A DNA stretch of 64,000 nucleotides, from contig OX597825.1 of NCBI GenBank assembly GCA_951406725.2, forward strand, positions 18,600,001-18,664,000. The letters are read 5' to 3'. The translations under genes and the position numbers were made by a program. Position 1 is the stretch's first letter. Each line of letters begins with the position of its first letter. Source of the stretch: Octopus vulgaris (taxonomy: Eukaryota). This document shows, piece after piece, positions 55,066 through 64,000 of this stretch. The notes beneath the pieces were generated by a model. That model searched no databases and was not told the DNA's origin. It saw nothing but the letters and a program-made list of their open reading frames with translations.

Positions 55066-55980
55066 CGAGCGGGTGCCTAAAATTTACCGGAGACGTTCTC
55101 TGTGGGACAAGCCCGTTGTAGTTCAGGCATTTGCCGATAAAACCCACTTCATGTGAACCTCAGGTATCAATCTCCCTACTGGCGATGTCCGCTACGGTCA
55201 TACTGTCACGTGATGCATGTTTGTTTTGAAGTTCTTCTCCCTTGTTCGTCGGCTTTTGCTATGGTTGTAACGAAGGAACAGTGTGCTTCCGTGAAATTCT
55301 GTTTTCTGCTGGAGGAAACCGCGGCGGAATCAGCTGCAATGCTTCAAACAACTTCGAAAGACGTTGTCATGAGGATAACACACACGTTTATGAGTGGTTT
55401 GCACGCTTTAGAAACATGAACTTGTCGCATGAATACAAACCTCGCTCAGGGCGAACGCTGACTGGCTGAACGAATGAAAGCATCTTGAAAATTCATGACC
55501 TGATCTTGTAGGGTCATCAGCAAAAGACTGGCGAGCTTGATTCTATTGGTGAATCCTGCAGCTTCTGCCACCAAATTTTGAGCGAGGAATTGTGAATGAA
55601 AAGATTTGCAGCGAAATTTGCTCCAATCTTGCTCACGAAAGATCCAAAGCATTCACGGCTGAATGCGAGTGATGAAATGAAAGAAGATTTGGAAATTAAA
55701 TACGGACCTATTTTTTTGTTTTTGAAGTTCATCCCTAGTGACGAAAACTGTTGCTAAGGAAATTGCAGAGGTGGAAGGGGTGAAAAATAGACGACGTAAG
55801 CACTAAAAGGCATCACTTCGCAAGAGTTCCAGCCCTGTTTCCCATACTGAAAACGCATCTGCATCGATGCTTTGATTTACATGGAGAATTCCTTGAAGGC
55901 GATAAAAGAGTTAACGTGTAAAACTGAATGGATAAAATAATATCGCAAAATTCTGGTCTTTTGTTTTGAGTACCCACTCG
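55066..55980 (+). mobile_element. Internally deleted mariner element
   Basis: Imperfect TIRs CGAGCGGGTGCCTAAAA / TTTTGAGTACCCACTCG-TA; EQCASVKFCFLL...VYEWFARFR...KPRSGR HTH region; most of the catalytic domain is missing. Confidence 0.88.
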
Positions 55981-56039
55981 TATATATATATATGTATACT
56001 CATTTTTATATATAAATGAATAAGTATATGTGTATGTGC

Positions 56040-56120
<81 letters not shown>

Positions 56121-56480
56121 TCGCACCATTCCCCTCTCCCTCTTCCTCTTGCTCCTCCTCCCCCATTCCCGTCGTCCATCTGCGACGATACTTCCGTCGT
56201 AACTGCTGTCTCTCTCGCCTGGCTCTTTCTAAGGCTAATGGTCGACACTCATTTTCCTCCGCTCGTCGTCCATAAAAACGTTTATAATACTTTTTTGCAA
56301 TACTTTTTTCGTCTGGCGTTAACAGTCCTTCTTATCTTGTTCTTTGTCCTGTCTCTCACTGTTATATATTTATTTTTACTGTTTTATATATATTTTTTAC
56401 TGTTTATATGTTTGTACTGTTGTTACCGTCTTGCTTTTTTTACCCCTCTGCGAAAAGATCTTAGAATTTTAATTGATTTG

Positions 56481-56548
56481 CTTTTCGGAGGAAGGAATTT
56501 TTCTTGTCGAAGTATACGTCTCGCTTTTATCTTTCGAAACGTTTAGAG
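56481..56548 (+). ncRNA. Possible degenerate hammerhead-like motif in a (TA)n-flanked element (56119-56706)
   Basis: CTTTT-CGGAGGA-AGGAA...TTTC-GAAACGTTT-AGAG; palindrome AAACGTTT; core U4G, weak stems. Confidence 0.3.
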
Positions 56549-56705
56549 TAGATGAAACCATTAGTGACTGAAGAAGGGGATTTTTCTTTGTGTTAATTGT
56601 CCTGTACTCTATTTTTTTGCTGTTTTTAAATAAATGTCCAGTTCCTTTGGTTTGTGTCTATGTTTTTCGTTTCTCATTGTGTTCGACGTCCTTTTTGGTG
56701 TCCTG

Positions 56706-56886
56706 TACACATATATGCATGTATATGTACATGTAGAGGTAGGTACGTACATATATGTTTATATATATGCATATGTTTTATTTTATTTGTTAACATATAT
56801 ATATATACATACATATATATGCGTGTGAGTGTGTACATATATATATATATGTATACATATGCATACAAATAATATATACGTACATA

Positions 56887-56945
<59 letters not shown>

Positions 56946-57117
56946 CATGTATATATATATATATATATACATGCATACCTACATATATATACGGATATAT
57001 ACACATATATGTATGAGTGTTTGTGTGTGTGTGTCTTTATCCACGTGTGTGTGTGTATGTGTGTGCGTGTGTGTGTAAACATCATCTGAAAGTGTGAGGG
57101 GGAGTGAGAGAGAGAGA

Positions 57118-57190
<73 letters not shown>
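56706..57190. repeat. (TA)/(TG)/(GA) microsatellite field
   Basis: Direct reading. Confidence 0.93.
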
Positions 57191-57192
<2 letters not shown>

Positions 57193-57585
57193 GGTGTAAA
57201 ATTTTTTTCTTTGGTACTCTTAGAAAGAAAAGGTGATGAAAAAGAAAGAGTATGAGATGAATAGAGAATGGAAATCGAATGTTTCTGAAAGAAATATAAT
57301 TAACAATTAAATAGAAGAATAAGTGAAGGTAATCAAATAAATTCATATTTACCGATTCCATTGCGTATTGTTTACGTAATCAGGTCTCTAATAATGAGGA
57401 ACATACCGCAATCTGACATAATGTCACACACACGTATATACGCATGCACGCGCCCGCACGCACCCTATATATATGTATGTAACACACACACACACAATAT
57501 ATATATATATATATATATACGTGCGTGCCTATATATATACATATATGTGTTTGTATATATATATATATACATAATATATATATGT

Positions 57586-57831
57586 CGTTGTTTGTTCCTT
57601 CTCGAGCGACGCCTGGCTCACAGGGGTGGTTTCCCGGTTTCCTTGACGTATAGGTTCCCCACCTGGACGGGACGCCTGTCCTTCGCAGGATCAGTCATTT
57701 TAGCCATCTGAGTGGACTGGACCAACGTGAAATGAAGTGTTTTGATCAAGAACACAACGCATCGCCCGATCCAGGAATCGAAACCAGAACCTTACGAACA
57801 TGAGTTCAACGCGCTAACCATTAAGCCACGC

Positions 57832-57832
<1 letters not shown>
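57586..57832 (-). mobile_element. SINE family C-related copy with a different 3' region
   Basis: 57708-57832 matches the family C head and core; 57586-57700 does not match 61228-61430. Confidence 0.75.
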
Positions 57833-57892
<60 letters not shown>

Positions 57893-58382
57893 TGTGTATG
57901 CATATATGCATGCATGTACGTATGTAGAAATCCTCACATACATACATGGGAAATTGACACTATCATCTAAAACTACGTTAATATCTGAATGCATACATAC
58001 ACCTAAATCTACGTATAGATTGCAATAGATTGTGTTTACAAATTTAATTTTCAGGAAAAAAGCAGCAAAAGGTCTGAGAATTTGCTGAAGCAGGAAATAT
58101 TCCAGTGTAGTGGGATATCAGATCTATCGAATAATTTATAGTTATTTGGGAAACAAGATATTATCTCCAATGGTGATAAATATAGTTAAATGCCGTGAAA
58201 AAGAAAGTCACTTTTGAATGAAATGCACTCGTAATGAAGTATTAGAATGAGGAAAGGAGTTTGATAGTAGTATCAAAAGATGTATTCGTTAATTTCTTGT
58301 GTTTATTGTTACCGTTCTTTTATCCTACTGCATTCTTGATGAAGTAGATTCATGAATGAGATGTATCATACGCACATAGACA

Positions 58383-58604
<222 letters not shown>

Positions 58605-58871
58605 AGTGTGGGGGTGGTGTATGAAAAGTCTCATTCTTGAATCTATTTCATTCCACAGCTTCATCCCACAGGGGAAGGTAAAAAATGTGCAGAACTCCTC
58701 ATCTCTGAAATATAGAACAATATATATTGCAGGCAAATTTATAATGTGACGTAGTTTTCCTTTTTTCAAAATTGATGCAAGATTTATGACCCCTTCTTTT
58801 ATTTTGTTCTTCCACGCAGATCGCTCATTTGAATCTAAATTTTGCTGAACTTATATATATATATGTATATA

Positions 58872-58921
<50 letters not shown>

Positions 58922-58934
58922 TACATGTCATTTT

Positions 58935-59056
58935 CTATTCTAGGCACAAGACTCGTAAAATTGGGGAAACGGGCCAGTCGGTTAGCTCAACTCCAGTACC
59001 CAACTGGTACTTAATTTATCGACCGCGAAATGATGAAAGGCGAAGTCGACCTCGGT

Positions 59057-59058
<2 letters not shown>
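58935..59058 (-). mobile_element. SINE family B fragment
   Basis: AGGCACAAG...ACTGGTACTTAATTTATCGACC...GATGAAAGGCGAAGTCGACCTCGG. Confidence 0.8.
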
Positions 59059-59145
<87 letters not shown>

Positions 59146-59350
59146 TGTACATTATATACAAATATATGAAATACTGGATATAAAATATTAAGGGACTAGT
59201 ATACTTTCTTGCATTAAAGCGGTTTTCAAGGTCCCAGGGTGTGACAGGAATGTTTCAACAGTATATATATATATATATATATATAAAATAAAATGGATTT
59301 AATCCTAAATCTGATTTTTTCCCTGTAATTTTGGATTTATTCCTAATATT

Positions 59351-59416
<66 letters not shown>

Positions 59417-59659
59417 TGTTAAAATTTTAACGGTAGAAACTTTTGAAAAAATTTCATACCGGTGGCTAGCATGCGTAATAAAATCTATTGACAACATAAC
59501 TTCATATACAATAGTGTACAAACCACTAAGTATTGATACACGAAAAAGGTGACCTGTAGCTTCGCTTGCGCAGCGGATTTGAAAATGTAATGGATAAGTA
59601 TGCAGCACGTACATGTTGTAGGTAAGGTATTGGCTGTATAATTATATATAAATTTTAGC

Positions 59660-59730
59660 AACCTCACTGATGAATACAGATAACACATTAATCTATTTGC
59701 TCACTGATACAGAAACTCGAGTTTGAGGTT
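59660..59730 (+). ncRNA. Type I hammerhead-like motif with 7-bp stem I and palindromic stem III, in a (TA)n-flanked element (59415-59873)
   Basis: AACCTCA-CTGATGA-ATACAG...CTGATACA-GAAA-CTCGAG-TT-TGAGGTT; perfect stem I, GUU site, imperfect base of stem II. Confidence 0.72.
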
Positions 59731-60391
59731 AACTACAGAAAGATTTTAAAAAATTTTTATTCTTTTCGAAATTGCTTTTATTCATGGTTCGGGATTTGAC
59801 TGCCCTTTCTAGCATGTAAGGTGTCCTGTCAAAGGTCACATCTGTAGTGTATAAATATTAATGGTTTGTACGTTATATATATATATATATACATATATAT
59901 GTAAACATATATATACATATATAGGTTTATAGATAGGTATATACATACGAGTATATAAATTCATATATATATATATCTGTGTAATATTTCCAATTGTCTA
60001 TTTTTTAAGATTCATTCCTCCCGTTAATGCGCTAAATCATAACAATAAATGATAATTGCATATATTGCAGAATTATAGCTTCTCTCTAATTATTGACGAA
60101 TCACTAACTTGACTGAAAATATTCCAAAGAAATTAATATAAAAACAATAATTCATATCAAATGATATAAATGATTAACGGAGGGATAACAAAAGTGAAAT
60201 ATTAAATATATGAAACATATATATAATATATCATATATTTCTGCATTCAAACACAATTTTCCAGTTACTTAAATTTGCCAGGGAATCATTAAATTGATTG
60301 AAAGTAAAAGAAAATTAAGCATAAATTTCATTGAGAAATGTATACGGTACATGTGGATGATGATCTGAAATGTCTAAGAAATAATTGATGA

Positions 60392-60463
60392 TACACATAT
60401 GTGTATGTATGTATGTATGTATGTATGTATGTATGTATGTATGTATGTATGTATGTATGTATG

Positions 60464-60509
<46 letters not shown>

Positions 60510-60611
60510 GTGAGAGAGAGAGAAACAAAGAGAGAGAGAGACAAAGAGAGAGAGAGAGGGAGAAAGAAATAGATATATAGATAGACATACTTATATTTGT
60601 ATGCATTTATG

Positions 60612-60667
<56 letters not shown>

Positions 60668-60716
60668 CATAAATAGATACATTGTATGACTTATAGCACG
60701 TATACACAGACACACG

Positions 60717-60770
<54 letters not shown>

Positions 60771-60835
60771 GGCATCAGATTCATATATATGTGTGTTTGT
60801 ATGTATGTATGCATTATATATATATATATATATAT
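60392..60835. repeat. (TATG)/(TA)/(GA)/(TG) field
   Basis: Direct reading. Confidence 0.93.
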
Positions 60836-61227
60836 AAGGTATCAAGTATGATTGAGAGACTGTGAGATCTACATATATGTCGATTGAAAAGTGAATATTA
60901 TCTTATTTAAATAATTTAGATAAATGGTAGCATATAACTTGGCGATTAAGTTATTTCTAATAATATATTGTTAAACAGTATTTAAATTTCAAGATACATA
61001 TGTATATACACAAACGCACATTTATCATTCTGTATCTCTTCACATGAGGTGGATATACTATATATACTGTAAAAATCTACAGAACTATGCTGTCCGTCTG
61101 GAGAAAGTCACTCGTATAAATGTATTGTGTTGAAAACCACAAAAGCGTATTGCTGGATACCAGTTCGTGCGTCTCTGTGCTTCAACAGTGTAAAAGGGTC
61201 CGCTATCAAAAGTATATTCACCCTAAG

Positions 61228-61570
61228 CGGTGGTGACCCCCTTCGGTCAGACACTGACCATGGGTCTGCATCTAGAGTGTTACCTTCTGAGGCACAAGTC
61301 TGGGCAAGATTGTTTTTTTTTATGGAAGACCAGCAGTCGCCCATGCATACCGGCCTCCCCTCTCCACGTCACCGATGTGGTCCAAAGGAAAGGCAAGGGC
61401 CGCTACAGCTTGGCACCTGTGACGTCGCAACTCATTTCTACAGTTGAGTGAACTGGAGCAACGTGAAATAAAGTGTCTTGCTCAAGAACACAACACGCAG
61501 CCCGGTCCGGGATTCGAGCTCACAACTTCACGATCGTAAGCTCGACGCTCTAACCACTGAGCCACGCGCC
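61228..61570 (-). mobile_element. SINE family C, full length with perfect 11-bp TSD
   Basis: Reverse complement of 48996-49330; TTCACCCTAAG at 61217-61227 and 61571-61581. Confidence 0.95.
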
Positions 61571-61979
61571 TTCACCCTAAGTAAGCTATAAATTATACTA
61601 AAGAAAAAAGACCGTCCCCAAATACAATATGTGTTTTAACACACAGTTTCCCATCGTGAATCTTACAACACTAAAAGCACAGATATTCCCCCATACACCA
61701 CCTCTACGCATACACACACGAACACACACACACATAACGACGATGTCATTTTAAAAAGAATGACAAAATCTTGAATTGTCTTATATATTTCACGAGATAT
61801 TCACGGTGAAATAGCAAAGATTTTCTTAAAAGCATATCAGAACAAATTCGTAGCAAATAAATAAAAAGAAAGTATATTACAATTTTTTAAAAGAAAGACC
61901 ATCTCAACCACACGGTCCAAACGAAGACACACACACGCACACAGAAACATCAATTCACAATACATATACTTATATACGG

Positions 61980-62004
61980 ACATACAGAGAGAGAGAGGCC
62001 TACA

Positions 62005-62047
<43 letters not shown>

Positions 62048-62130
62048 TGTGTGTATATGTATATATATATATATATATACATACAGATGTATATATATAT
62101 ATATGTGTGTGCGTATATCTATCTATCGAT

Positions 62131-62171
<41 letters not shown>

Positions 62172-62175
62172 AAAA

Positions 62176-62221
<46 letters not shown>

Positions 62222-62370
62222 TACATAAAACGTATATATAAATGCATATATATATAATGTATATACGTATGTTTCATTTGTGTGCAAGTGTCTGTGTCTG
62301 TGTGTCTGTGTGTGCCTGTCTGTCTGTGTTTTGTGTATGCCTCTATATAGGTGTATATATATATATACAC
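61980..62370. repeat. (TA)/(TG) field
   Basis: Direct reading. Confidence 0.93.
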
Positions 62371-62599
62371 GTACTAAGCGTAGTAACAGTTGATTAGTAG
62401 TTCCATGAAAATAAATTTCATACAAATCAGAATTGAATCGTCATCGCAATAAAGATTAGAGGAACGTGCGTGACCAATTAGCTAAGAATTGCAAGACCAA
62501 AAGAATGGGAAGCAAAAGAGATTCTGCCATTTACATTGTACTTTGCTCTTTACGTGTGTTGAGTGTTTAACGAATCCTAGTGCTTCCAGTTTTATTATT

Positions 62600-62950
62600 T
62601 ATTTATTTTTTACCTGCTTTATTCATCAGACTGCGGCCATGGTGGGACACTGTCTGGAAGAGAAATTAAGTCGAACGAATTGACCCCACCCCAGTACATT
62701 TTTACAAAGCTTTGAACTTATTCTACCAATTTCTTCTGCCGAAGTGGTACGTTACAGGGTCTTAAGCACAACAAAACTGGTTGCCAGTTTGTGGTGAGGT
62801 TTCATCCTCAGACCCAACGGGTCACCCCACCACACACACACACAAATATACACCCACACTCTATATATATACACGATAAGCTTCTTTCAATTTCCGTCTA
62901 CCAAATAAAGCCACAAGGCTTTGGTCGGTCTGAAGCTACAGTAGAATAGA
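62600..62950 (-). mobile_element. SINE family A, diverged
   Basis: GACTGCGGCCATG...CTTCTTTCAATTTCCGTCTACCAAAT...CACAAGGCTTTGGTCGG. Confidence 0.75.
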
Positions 62951-62958
62951 ATTGCTCA

Positions 62959-63191
62959 AAAGGCGGCGAACTGGCAGAAACGTTAGTAGGCCGGGCGAAA
63001 TGCTTGGCGGCATTTCGTCTGCCGCTACGTTCTGAGTTCAAATTCCGCCGATGTCGACTTTGCCTTTCATCCTTTCGGGGTCGATAAATTAAGTACCAGT
63101 TACGCACTGGCGTCGATGTAATCGACTTGATCCCTTTGTCTGTCCTTGTTTGTCCTCTCTGTGGGTATTTCGTCTGCCGTTACGTTCTGAG
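62959..63191 (+). mobile_element. SINE family B: head, one unit and the start of a second unit
   Basis: GTATTTCGTCTGCCGTTACGTTCTGAGT restarts at ~63165. Confidence 0.9.
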
Positions 63192-63935
63192 TGGCCTTTC
63201 ATCCATTGCCTTTAACCACGACCTTCAAATGACTTCGGAAACTCGTGCAACTCTTCTGGACGGTCTCCCTATTAAAGATGGTGAATACTGCCATAATCCT
63301 TGCTTTCATTTCATTTTTGGTGTTACAAGGAATTTTACAAGTCTCTTGCTCAACTACTCACCACACACAATAACCAAGTGTGTTGCAGTCTAGAGAGTTA
63401 TTTGGCCAGATTTTAGGGGTAATGTGGTCGCAGAAATTGTCAGACAGCCATGATTGTGTTCTCCTGATTGTATAGCATGGTGCAGAGTCCTGTTTCCAGA
63501 TATAGGGTCTAATAGCAGCCAACCTCTTCACCCAGGGCAACACAACCTACTCCAGGCACTTCATATAGGGTTCCGTGTTGAGTCTGAGGCCATGTGGGAA
63601 GATGACCGGAGACATAACATCGCCTTCCCTAGTGATCACTCCAAACACCATGACGCTGACTGGATGTTCGATTTTTATCATTCTCGGTACATGTCCTCCG
63701 ATTCACACCCAAACACTCTGAAATGTTCGTATTGGAGCTTCCGGTGGGAATGCCAAGCAATGCAGCATGTCGTTTCCAAATTTCCTGCAGAGTGCATTGT
63801 GTCATGGTGCTGCTTTTCTCACAGACAGTGCCTAAATGACTACTATTATGTTTAGTCAACAAAATCAAAAACAAACAATGCGCATGCGATTTTAGAAATA
63901 GAAAATGGCGACTATTTACCTATCGCACATTCTAT
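63192..63935 (-). mobile_element. Decayed DD37D/maT-like Tc1/mariner transposon
   Basis: LPWVKRLAAIRPYIWKQDSAPCY...TQSWLSDNFCDHITPKIWPNNSLDCNTLGYCVW (QQDSAP / WPPNSPD-like); homologous to 28240-28880. Confidence 0.82.
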
Positions 63936-63936
63936 G

Positions 63937-63984
<48 letters not shown>

Positions 63985-64000
63985 GCTGCCCCCTCGTTAT

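Overview
AT-rich, repeat-saturated eukaryotic DNA with no confidently identifiable host gene. It is most likely intronic or intergenic animal sequence; the repeat repertoire looks like octopus/coleoid cephalopod, which is an inference from recognition, not a search. Almost all ORFs in the track are microsatellite artefacts. Real content: (i) large (CAT/GAT)n, (AAT)n, (TA)n, (TG)n and (GA)n tracts; (ii) about 25 copies or fragments of three tRNA-type SINE families, one of which occurs as head-to-tail multimers of a 184-bp unit; (iii) decayed R4/Dong-like non-LTR retrotransposons sitting in (TAA)n tracts, plus RTE-like and L1/Tx1-like 3' fragments; (iv) decayed mariner and DD37D/maT-like transposases, MITEs and a Helitron-like non-autonomous element; (v) fold-back inverted repeats at (TA)n tracts. 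The most interesting signal is up to seven unrelated minimal type I hammerhead-ribozyme-like motifs (5.2, 9.4, 12.9, 26.1, 54.9, 56.5, 59.7 kb). Most have a palindromic stem III and lie in short ORF-less elements next to microsatellites, as expected for Penelope-like pLTR remnants or retrozyme-like elements. All structures were read by eye; nothing was folded, aligned or searched computationally.
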